Assembly: GCA_051362555.1 (NCBI GenBank)
Contig: CM120647.1
Coordinates: forward strand, 372,001 to 436,000
DNA: 64,000 nucleotides
From: Lingula anatina
Lineage: Eukaryota; Animalia; Brachiopoda
Reading direction: 5' to 3'
The translations under genes and the position numbers were made by a program. This document shows positions 14,601-26,800 of this stretch, piece by piece. Under the pieces are notes generated by a model. That model saw only the letters and a list, made by a program, of their open reading frames with translations. It was not told the DNA's origin and did not search any database. The stretch's first letter is position 1; every line of letters starts with the position of its first letter.

Positions 14601-17600
14601 TGAACTTTGCAAATTTTGCTTCCCTTTTATCTCCAAAACTGGCAGAGATAGGTCCATAGTTACTATTGAAGTTGAATAGGAAGTCATATACTGGCAATCT
14701 AAATGTGACCTTGAAATTGACCTTTGACCTACTTTTCACCATGAACTGAACTTTGCAAATTTTGCTTCCCTTTTATCTCCAAAACTGGCAGAGATAGGTC
14801 CATAGTTACTATTGAAGTTGAATAGGAAGTCATATACTGGCAATCTTACTGTGACCTTGAAATTGACCTTTGACCTACTTATCACCATGAACTGAACTTT
14901 GCAAATTTTGCTTCCCTTTTATCTCCAAAACTGGCAGAGATAGGTCCATAGTTACTATTGAAGTTGAATAGGAAGTCATATACTGGCAATCTAAATGTGA
15001 CCTTGAAATTGACCTTTGACCTACTTTTCACCATGAACTGAACTTTGCAAATTTTGCTTCCCTTTTATCTCCAAAACTGGCAGAGATAGGTCCATAGTTA
15101 CTATTGAAGTTGAATAGGAAGTCATATACTGGCAATCTTACTGTGACCTTGAAATTGACCTTTGACCTACTTTTCACCATGAACTGAACTTTGCAAATTT
15201 TGCTTCCCTTTTATCTCCAAAACTGGCAGAGATAGGTCCATAGTTACTATTGAAGTTGGATAGGAAGTCATATACTGGCAATTTACTGTGACCTTGAAAT
15301 TGACCTTTGACCTACCTTACAATGAACTTAACTTTGATTGCACCATTTTTAGTTATATATATTTTTTGCATATTTTGAAAATTCTTGTTGATTGCATTTT
15401 TACAGCTTGTCAAGCACAAGACTGGTGGCTGCACCCCTTATTTTGTGTATGTGGGGGTCTATACAAATGCGCTTGCTCCAGCTGGTGGTACAATATTCGG
15501 AGGCGGTATCGCCTCTCTGATCCTCTAGTTTTAGAAGTTATACTGTTTTTTCACATTTCCTCAGATTCAATTATTAGGCATGTTAACAGTCTCATTATTG
15601 AACTAATAAGATGCGTAAAAGTGTTTGTTTGATATTTCCTGCATCTTTACAACATTGTTAGTTGATTATGTAAAAAACATGGTAAACTTGTTATCATGTA
15701 ATGTGTAATAAAGTGTCAAAAATGGAAATAAACTCATATCATTGCAGTTTGTCAGATTCAATCATCCACTATGTTCAGAATCTCAGAATGGAGGAAATTG
15801 GACATTTAACACTGTTCTATTGATACTTTTCCCATCTCATCAATTTTCTTAGTTGGCCATATAAAAATGGCAGTAAAATGTTTATTTTGTTTTATGTTAA
15901 AAAAGTGTTAAAAATGGAACTAAACCCATATCAGAACAGTGCTGTCTTGTTTACATTTTGGCATTTTCAAGATGTGACTTTGAAGTTCCATGGGCCTGAA
16001 GACCTTTGCTAGTCACATTTTCTGAATATCCGTGATACTAATATCTTATAATTAAAAATTGATGGTCATTATGCTGTTAAACATTATGTAATATTGCATC
16101 AAAATTTGAAGAAACCCCTATTTTGGGCACTGCTCCCATGATGACCATTTAAGGAAAATCATGTCACTTACTGTTCTCAAACTTACAGGAAAGAAACATG
16201 GGACTAAAATATAGCTTCAGTAGGCAATGCAGTCTGTTTGGTAATTTTTTCTGGCAATTAAACAGTTTTTTGTGAAAATTTAATTTTTCACATGTTGGCA
16301 TTTTCAAGGTGTGACTTTGAAGTTCCATGATCCTGAAGGCCTTTGCTTGTCACGTTTTCTGAATGTCCATGTTACTAATATTTTATCAATAACATTTGAT
16401 GGTTATTATGCTGTTAAACATTATGTAAGGTTGCATCAAAATTTGAAGAAACCCCTATTTAGGGCACTGCTCCTATGATGACCATTTAAGGGAAATCATG
16501 TCACTTGCTGTTCTCAAACTTACAGGAAAGAAACATGGGTCTAACATACAGCTTCAGTAGGCAATGCAGTCTGTTTGGTAAAATTTTCTGGCAATTTAAC
16601 AGTTTTTTTGTGAAAATTTAATTTTTCACTTATTGGCAATTTCAAGGTGCAACTTAGAACCTCCACGGGCTTGAAGACCCATACTAGTCACATTTTCTGA
16701 AAATCCATGATGTATATTTTATTATTAAAAATTGATGGTCATTATGCTGTTAAGCATTATGTAATGTTGCATCAAAATAGAAGAAAACACAATTTTTGGT
16801 GCTGCTGCCATGATGACCATTATGGGAAAACCATGTTACTTATGATTGTCAAACTTTCAAAAAAGAAACACATGGCTAAAATGCAGCCCAAGTTGGAAAA
16901 GCAGTCTAATTGGCTTCTTTTTCTGGAAGTTATACATTTTAGTGAAATATTCATTATCTTTTTGGCATATTCATTGTGGGACTCAGAGCTCCCATGGGCA
17001 TGAAGCCGTATGGTAATCAAATTTTCTACATGTCCATGCTATTTATAGTCAATAATCAAAAATTGGTGATAATTATTCTATAATTTATTATGTAATGTTA
17101 CATCAAAATTGACAATAATCTTTTTGCACTGCTACTGCAAACATTATGAAAAGAAAACTGTGTTTATCATTATATTTAACTTATAAGTATGATTTTTAGG
17201 ATTGGCATGTAGTTCAAATTAGAAAGCCAGGTCAATTGGGTTATCATTTATTATTGAATTTTATGCAATTTTGTGTGAAATTTTCATTTTTCTCATTCTG
17301 GCACTTTCTAAGCATAAACTTGAACTCTGATGGGCCTGAAGCCTTATGCTTTTATTTTCGTCGGTGTTACCTGTTGTGCAAAATTAAAATTTAATGTTGA
17401 CTGTGCAGTTAAACATAATGTATTATTACATCAGAATTGGTAGTCTCCTATTTTGTGCATTATTGTTTTGTGCTTTTCTTAAGTTGTGACTTATGGGCCG
17501 GAAAGACCTTTGAGAGGGTTAGTCTGTCAATTTCCCTTGGGTATCACTTAGCTAATTTCAGTGTTTTAATTTGCCTAATTGATAGGCCATTAAATGAGAT

Positions 17601-17726
17601 TACATAAAGCACACTTGTTGATATTTCCCTGTAAACTCCCAAAGGTAAAGCTCTCTGCTAGATTAATAATAAGGAAGCAATGATAATTATGCAGGTAAAT
17701 TTTGTTTAATATTGCAAATAAGTTTT

Positions 17727-17802
<76 letters not shown>

Positions 17803-20800
17803 AAGATTAAAAGTTTGAATAGCAGCTTCATTGGAATTATATTTACCTATGCCAAGGAGGTTATATTTTCACCCCTGTTTGTCTGTCATCAACATAACTC
17901 AAAAAGTTATGGACCAATTTTGCTGAAAATTTCAGGAACTGTCAGAAGTGGGCCAAAGAGGACAATAATCAATTATAATCAACAATTGCTGCCTTGTTAA
18001 TTTTTTTCTCATACACTGGCATTTGTGACTTATAACTTCCATCCACCTGAGGCTCTGCTCATTTTCTGTATTTCCACATAAGCAGTTGTATTGTTTTTTA
18101 TGTCTTTAAACATTATGTTATATTATTTTATGCACTGTCATCATTTTTCAAATATTGAGACTTTCATCATTGGTCTCTAATGGTCCTGAAACTGTAATCT
18201 TATTGAAGGGGTGGATTGAGACCATCTTCTGGGTCTTCCGGAAGACAGTCAGGTTATTAAGTTTATATTGACTGGTATCTGTTTTTTTTCTGTTGGAAGA
18301 CCTTCAAAATGGAGGATGGATCAAAATAGATACTTTGGATTACTGTCAGAAAATATCTCTGGATCTGCTCCTGTTATGGATCTGCTCCTGCCTGGGCAGA
18401 GGTCTGCACTCTCAGAGTGCTTTTCTAGTTTTGTTTATTTTCCTTAATAACTTTTTTCTCAAACGCTTGCATTTGTGATATTTAACCGCCTGAAGCTCTG
18501 CACATTTTCTGTATTTCCACATAAGCAGTTGTATGTTATTTATGTTTTCAAACATTATGTAATATTATTTTATGCACTGTCATCATTTTTCAAATATTGA
18601 GACTTTCATCATGTGACTTTGGTCTCTCATGGTCCTGATACTGTAATCTTATTGAAGGGATGGATTGAGACCATCTTCTGGGTCAGCTTCCGGAAGACGT
18701 TCGGATTTTTAAGTTTATATTGACTGATATTTATTTTTTTTCTGTTGGAAGATCATCAAAATAGAGGATGGATCAACAAAGATACTTTGGAATACTGTCA
18801 GAAAATATCTCTGGGTCAGCTCCTGTTATTGACCATGTTACCTGTTGTGCATGATTAAAATTCAGTGTTGACTAACAGTGCTATTATAAGCATTATTTAT
18901 TATTGCATCAAAATTGGCAAAATGACCTATTTTGCATCATTATTTTCTGTTTTTTGTCTGTACATTTGACAGCTTTGCTGCCTTGTTTATCTTACCATAA
19001 CCATATAGTAGGTAGTGGAGGACTTGTTTATTTATTTTGCACTGATACTTGTTTACCATAGTAGTTTAAAGTGCTATTAGGATCAATAGTATGTGATCTT
19101 TGCACTATATTGTAAGCACATTTGAGATTTGTATCCAGGCACATTTGAATACAACATGGGTATGCATCTATCACCCCTGTGTTATGGTAATATTCTATCA
19201 TGATCTGGTTTACTTCTATATTATATATAATGTAGAGCCAATAGACCATATAAGGCATTTATTATTCCTTAATGTATTGGCATATATTAGGGAGGTTTTG
19301 CAAACAACACAGTATGAGTACACAAAGCCTAGTTGTACTTGGTACTTCATAGAACAGTTTCACATATATGTAATGAAATGGGAACATGAAAACACTGGAG
19401 GTCGCTAGTGTATTATTTGGCAGCAGTGAAAAAGATGCTCAGTTGAAAACATAATTTCTTTTTTTTTCACATGAAATAAGCCATCATGAAGGGATTCAAA
19501 TGGAAAAAAATTCATTTGCCAAAAAAAAAAAAAAAAAAATGAAATAAATTTTTAATGTGTTTGTATTGAATATGAACTCAATTTTTTACAAAGATTTCTT
19601 GAAATCTTTATGAGTTGCTATGGCAAACTACAAAAATGTCATAGTGACTTAAAAGTGGTGGCTTAGTTCTCAATATTCATACTTGGTAGTGTGTTGTTTG
19701 CAAAGTCTCCCTATTCCCTCCATTATGTGTGGTCTGTTGCTGTTTACTGAGCTGATCACAGCACATCTGTTATGTCTTATGTCTTGTTATTTTGTATTTC
19801 ACTTTGTAGAAATGTGTACCAAGCTTGGTTTAACTTGTGTGTGGTACTTTCAGCAGTATTTTTTAAACCTCCACAGCATGTTTTACAACTGAAAAGTTAC
19901 TTAATTTTAGTAGCACTAGATACAGTTGCTTATATTCACTCTCTCTTTATAAATTAAATTAAAGCACTCAGAAAATATTATGGAGGAGAAAAGGAAAGGG
20001 AAAATACTGTAGAATGTTTTTAATTTTACTGTATCCAAGAGACACAGAGGTTGTCATGGCAACCTAATCAATATGCTGTTAAACATATTAACTTGGTATC
20101 TTTTCCCGATTTCCGCTCCATTCCAGGCATTTGCTGCAGGAGGCGATTACTCTGGTGTCTGCCTTGCTCACCTGTTTACATTTCAAATCATAGGGCGTGT
20201 CTCCACTAAGACCCTGGGGACCCTGGGGCTGTCCTATGTGGCCTCTGCCAACCCTGGGGACAGGGGAGGGGTCTGCTCCAAAGGTACTTAATGGGTGCTG
20301 CCCCCTATTGTCTAGGCATGGTATATAGTGCTGCCCCCTATAATCTGGGCATGATATATAATATTGTGTGATACAGGGCTGTATCTAGACACTGCCTGTA
20401 CAGGAAAGTCTTGGCATGTAGCTTTGGTTTATTATTAGTGCTTGTAGTTGAGAATTCATAGGAAGTTTCCTAGCTTTGGTAACCAAGTATAAGCAAAAAC
20501 CACTCTGCTGTAGCGTGATTATTGCAAATGTCTTCCTCATTATAGTCAGGAAAAAATGGGTAAATAAAAATCAGCACATGCTACAGTTGTAGACAGAGTT
20601 TTGAAAACTGTGTTGATTAGTTACAAATATCAAATGGTACTTATTTTGGTAGTATATTTTCAAAAGTTTGTACTCAAAGTCAGACACAGTGTTACAGTTG
20701 ACTTACTGACTTACTGAATTTTAAATAATTTCTTTCAGATTTTACTAATGAAGCATTGTTTTGAAAGCTCATAGTTCAGTTTTGTTCAGTTGTAGTGAGT

Positions 20801-23800
20801 GTATATCATGATACTGTATGTTGTGTAGGATGCAGACATGATGCCCCTTATCAATACAGTAGATATATGTATTGGCTGGTAAAGAAATAACATTTCAGGC
20901 CTTCACTAATCCATTGTTATGCAAACCATGTATCAACAAATAACATCAAATTAACAGAGACACCTTGAAATGGTCTACTTGTATCATAATTTTATTACAT
21001 CTTACCCGAAGTTACCTATGTCAGCTGCATGCAGTGTACTTATTACACTCCTGCCCCTTACTAACAGTGTTTGTCACACCCTTGCCAAAGACTTGTCATC
21101 CTCTGTTACCCACATGTCCCCCAGTCACCCACATGTCACCTTCCTGCCACCCACATGTCATCTACATGTCACCTTCCTGCCACCCATATCACCTACATGT
21201 CACCTTCCTGTCACCCACATGTCATCTACATGTCACCTTCCTGCCACCCATATCACCTACATGTCACCTTCCTGTCACCCACATGTCACCTTCCTGTCAG
21301 CCACATGTCACCTTCCTGCCACCCACATGTCACCTTCCTGCCACCCACATGTCACCCACATGTCACCTTCCTGACACCCACATGTCACCCTCCTGTCACC
21401 CACATGTCACCTTCCTGCCACCCACATGTCACCCACATGCCACCTTCCTGACACCCACATGTCACCTTCCTGTCACCCACATGTCACCTTCCTGTTAGCC
21501 ACATGCCACCTTCCTGTCAGCCACATGTCACCTTCCTGTCACCCACATGTCACCTTCCTGACACCCACATGTCACCTTCCTGTCACCCACATGCCACCTT
21601 CCTGACACCCACATGTCATCTTCCTGTCACCCACCCTTATCTTCCTGTCACCCACATGCCACCTTCCTGTCACCCACATGTCATCTTCCTGACACCCACA
21701 TGCCACCTTCCTGTCACCCACATGTCACCTTCCTGTCACCCACATGTCACCTTCCTGTCACCCACGTCACCTTCCTGTCACCCACATGTCATCTTCCTGA
21801 CACCCACATACCACCTTCCTGTCACCCACATGTCATCTTCCTGTCACCCACATGCCACCTTCCTGTCACCCACATGTCATCTTCCTGTCACCCACGTCAT
21901 TTTCCTGCCACCTAAGTGTTAAACCCCTGTCACTTACTACATCGTCATCTGAATACAAAGTTGAAAGCATGTGTATGCTGCATGCCGAGTGCCAAGTGAA
22001 TAGCACAGTATAACCTTCATTACTACCAAACATTTATTATAATTTAATTAATTCATGATATATAAATGGCTATTTATATAATGTAATAATAAGGATATGC
22101 TTACTCATTCATATAGGGAAATGCCTATTTATTGAGCTTCAAACATAAAGGCTACTAGTAAAAGATGTGTAAGCATAATAAGTAAATTTCATTTAGTGTT
22201 TTAATTAATAGCTTTTTGTTACCAAGTTTTCATCAATGTCTGTTTTGTTTAATGTTGTTATTAATTTCATCAGTTAACTTCAAATTGGAAATAAAAAAAA
22301 ACTAAAACCACCTATTAATCCATGATTAGGTAAAACCATTAATATAATGCGTAATATTTGACAACTTTCAACTGAAAATTGACCTACTTTTACAGCACTT
22401 TACAGATCTCCCAAATTTGGAAATGGTAAAGACTACAAGCTATTCCCAGTGTTTAGCGTTGATATATTGGCATTGTAGTTATATATAATATAATATATAC
22501 ATATAGTCAGGAATAGTGTACATTGATATCTTGGACATTGTTTGAGCTAGGAGTGAGTAGAGATGTGTTATAACATAACTAGGATTCTGTGACATCTGCT
22601 GCTATAGTACTCTGTTATTATCAATTCTATGTTCTCCTTTCTTGTTCCTTTGATATTATTATATCATAACCATTTTGAGGCCCTCTAGTTTGGGTTTAAT
22701 TATTTCAGTCATGTAGGAGTTATTTCAGAATCTTTTATTATTCACTAACATGGTAGTCTGCTTTAGCTTTCAATTATTATATTGATTTCTATTGACATAT
22801 TTTGCAGTAAATATTAAGATACTAAATGGCTCTGCATAACAGCTTTAGTCTCACTTTTGTATGTTTGTATGTTTTCTTTTTATTTCTATTCAATTATTTA
22901 TGAAAACTTCAAACTATGAAGACTTACTAAAGCTGCATCTATTATATTTTTAGACATTTAGGCACACTCTCCTTGCAGAGGAGAACTGGCCAGAGCTTGC
23001 GTCTCTTTGCCTGCTGCACCTCTTCACATCCATAGCATTTCCGTCAGGAATTCGAGGCCTTGCTGTAGTTGGGGGTCTCTGCTCAGCAGCGGCAAGGGGT
23101 CCCGGTTTGTTATCTGTATAAATGTCGTCTGCTGCTTTTTTCTGTAATTATTTGCCAAATTAGTTCCATTCTCACATCTGTCATCTTTTATACCTTCAAT
23201 GATGATCCTTTCAATTGTAACAGATTTTCACGGGTGCATGGACCCCCTGCTTTCAGTGTGGAACTCCCACTGTACATTGTTGTCTGATTTGTGCTGGAAA
23301 TGTCTCTGACGGTGATGAGGGAGTGTGTCTGTCTCCTTTCTTTTATCAACTTGCTGAAATCAGAATGAAAACAGGAAACAGATTACTGCAGCTAGTCATT
23401 TGAACATTGATTCTCTGCAATTTTTTTTGAATACAATTTTCTATGCACCCTTTATTTCTTTGATCTTAGCACAAATAGTCCATAACAGAGATTGTAAGTG
23501 GAAGTGCTAACACATGAAACTAGGTGCTATCAGATGCAGAAGTTGTCAAAGAGGAGCACCAAGCACTTGTTAGTTAACAGTTTCTGTTATATATGTTTCA
23601 AATACAGGTACATTGAAATGCACCTTCAATTAGTGAATAACTTCAAGACAGCAGCAGGCTCTAGGTCTCAGTGGCTTGGTATCACCTGACCAAAGATGTC
23701 CAGGGATATGTGTGCACACCTGTAGAATTCTACACCTGACACTACACCTGACACTACACCTGACACTACAGCCTGTGCCTCTGTTATTGTATTTATAGGT

Positions 23801-26800
23801 ATTTGGTCGAGACGCTACATTCCGTGATTTCTGTCTGGCGCACCTGTTCACCTTCCAGTCCTTCTCAGGTGGCGTCCTCGGCCTGGCGTATATTGGATCG
23901 CGGCGCAGGGGCACGCTGGGAGGCGTCTGCTCCAAAGGTGAGGCTACAACCAATCAGATTTGTTCATTGTCGTGCTCCCCGCATGAAACTAGAGGTGGCA
24001 TGTTTTCTCGTGTTCCTGTTGTAATAATGAGATGCTGAAAGCCGCCATGTTTATGTTTGCTCTTAGCTGTGCTCGTGTGCATGTAGACATATGTGAACTT
24101 TTACTCAGAAAGCATGAACTGCCAGTGATAATATGTATATATATATATATGGGGCCATTCCCAGACCCTATCGTACTAACTGTGGATCGATCGATCTCTG
24201 AGGGGATTCTCTCTGAATTGCCATCAACTTAAGAGGTTTACTTGTCTTTCATGCCTTCCAAAGCTGCTATTGGGGTAATTAATTATGGTTAAGCAGCTTA
24301 AGTAGACGCACCAGACATGTAAGCCACTTAAGCTGAAAGCAATTTATCAAGAAAACCCTTGGAGATGGATCGATCCTGTTAGATTGATCTAGGTATGGGA
24401 ACCCAGTCTACGTGTGTGTCCTCATGGCTCTCTTGTACAGATGGTACTTTATACCCCTATGTTCAGGTAATGATTTCTAGCAGACCCCAGCTTAAGATAA
24501 AGTAAGGGAAAGGTTGGTCTCTGGAAAAGCTGACTGTAAATCTAATTTGCATGTAAGCAATTAAAATCTGCAATTATATTTAGCACTTTTTGGGGATTTA
24601 AAAACAAGCAAAACAACACAGTGTAACTTAAGAGATAGAAAAGTACTAATTGAACTGTAACTATGAACTTATTCTATTATACTTCCTTCTTTTACTGCTT
24701 TTCAAAAATCTTATATTTTCATCATCTTGGTGTTGGGATATGACTTGTTAAAGAAAAAACGTATTATGAAATGAAACAAGGATAATACCACAAATATCAT
24801 TTTTATTTTTATTTTATATATTTATTACATTAATACACCTATAACATATATATAATATAAATTGTCATAATATTAGGTGAGCCAATCACAAATTTGACAG
24901 GTAATTAAGACCAGCTTATTTCAAGGCCACTGATTGACAATAATACGCAATACTCAGTTATAAATTGCTTCTGACAGGTAGATAAAATCCAACGTGACCA
25001 GTTTCTCAAGGCTATTGATTGACAGCTTGAGGCAATTGACAGCCAGTCTCCTTTGCTTGTGATTTTTAGCTCAGATAAGAGGCTGTCAGACTGTTATTTT
25101 TGTCATGGCATTTTTCACTGATTAGTGCCTACCCCGGTGTTATAGGTGTATAAGTGTGATAATATATATATGATATTTCACGTCACCTGGACACATAACC
25201 ATCTAAAAGCTTGTCACAATATAAAAGAGATAAATCATTGCACAGCTATCGTGGTTCGGTACAATTTATTTGTTAGTTGCAAACTACTTCCTGGTTTCCA
25301 CGAGGTCCTTTAAGGATTCTAAAACATTGATATAATCGCAGAACATACCGTAAAACGCACAAAATTAATAAGATATGGGCATATCAGTTTACAAACATGC
25401 AAAAACTGCACATGACAACAATTTACAGCCTTGTAGGAATTCTTTTCCTTTGATGCTTTTTGTCGCGCTGTCGGTTGATGCAGCATATATTTCAAAACAA
25501 ATTGACTGCAAATTAAGCACAATTTTGCACTTTCAGGTTTTGTAACACGTTTTCATATCACGTACCAATTATTTCTACAAGTATTCTCTGCCCAAAATGC
25601 CAAAAAAATGTTATCTCACCGTGTTGTTGGAAAAAACGCTTTTTTCTCTGAACCCACGTCTGCACTCTGTTCACCTCCAGCTAAAATGACCACTCAGCTT
25701 CTTGTTTACACCACTACACGTCAGTTCCGGCACAATTCTGTCTCCTCCGGTTTCCTCCATTAGAGGTTACAACCATGATTTTGAGACACTGTACCAGATT
25801 TCTTTAATAATATATTCATTTTTTTGTTCAGCACTTTGCTTGCTGCTAGCTTACATATATTAACATGGTTGCACTGTATATATATTAACACTGAATGTTG
25901 TGCTGCATGAACTTTCTGTATGCTGTTTTTCAGGCTCATACTAGCATATGAAAGTTTTGCTGAAATACTTTATATTGGCTCTAGAAAGCTTAGAAGTAGA
26001 AGTTTTTTGGCAAATAATCCTTTAACTTAAAAAAAATCATATATAGAGTTATTTGACATAATAAAAAAGCCAATATGCTAGCATCTATCTACATTATAAT
26101 AGCATTATGTTGCCAGTAGAAAACTTGCTCAGTTATCACTCACAGACTGCCTGTAAAGTACTAATACAACATCAGTGAATGGTAGACATAACTGCACCCA
26201 TAAACCAGCTGTTACATACTTATCCAGTAATACTAAATATAGATATTAACCCACCTGTCTTCTATTATTTAATTTTCTTGGTATATGATCTAACATATAG
26301 CTTGTCTTGAGACCTCAAACTTGTTTTGAGGACTTGGGATTGTCTTGTAGTTGACCTCCACCTGGTGGGCTTGTCTTGTAGTTGACCTCCACCTGGTGGT
26401 ATTCTTGTGTGTCTCAGTTTTATTGCCTTTTGGCCTTGCTGACAAACCCAAGGTTTGAAAGTTTTCTAACCAACATATTAACAAATAAAGGGTACAGAAA
26501 AAAATACCAAAAAAAAAAAAAAAGGTTACTGTAAAATTGAATGAAGTTCGAAAAACTTTAGAATTGGTCTCAATATTAATAGAAATACATAAATATTTTA
26601 GTATAATTTGGAAAAATTGAAGGAATATGAGAAGTTTAACTGAGACACGCTCCCTCCAATGATGTCTGTCTGTAGTTATTTGTATCTCTGTGGTTCTCTG
26701 TAAAAGCTAGTATTATGTGGGTGCAGACAGTGAACAGATTTAGTTGTAGCCTTACCTTTTCTGCTCCTTGGGGACCTTTGTATGCTTTTATCTTACAGTT

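Larger units (their letters stand above)
11066..15530 (+). mobile_element. Helentron-type non-autonomous element (family Y copy 1) with 120-bp tandem array, nested in X; 5' ~816 bp duplicated (second head at about 11903)
   Basis: TTGTACCACCAGC...GCTGGTGGTACAA subTIRs, CCGCCGGCT repeats, about 13 x 120-bp units (13745-15320), hairpin GGAGGCGGTATCGCCTCT, CTAGT end; inserted in ATTATT|TTAGAAG (empty site in X copy 2 at about 42632). Confidence 0.75.
10219..18987 (+). mobile_element. Helentron-type non-autonomous element (HINE-like, family X copy 1) with ~161-bp tandem core and nested insertions
   Basis: 5' subTIR ATGTACAGACA (10224) plus inverted copy (10241), (GTC/GCC)n microsatellite, ~161-bp tandem units, 3' TGTCTGTACAT (18955) plus hairpin GACAGCTTTGCTGCC, T-run insertion site, no TSD. 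Confidence 0.75.

Noticed and set aside
13745-15320. Regular arrays resembling CRISPR (also 35325-38640 and 52749-53849)
   Set aside because: No unique spacers, no cas genes, eukaryotic context; these are head-to-tail tandem repeats.
19683-19892. ORF with CGLLLFT, vaguely like CLAHLFT
   Set aside because: No compatible splice sites or downstream motifs.
20965-21922. Pro/His/Thr/Cys-rich ORFs
   Set aside because: Minisatellite translation in all frames.
24441-24466. 26-nt AG/GT-bounded candidate exon
   Set aside because: Frame-shifting in this phase-1 intron, with no homology; at most a poison exon and unsupported.
26351-26492. Possible fourth alternative exon ([23 protein letters not shown]) after a duplicated TTGTCTTGTAG acceptor
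   Set aside because: Lacks HLFT, GLA and GGxC and has no phase-1 donor; similarity is probably chance.
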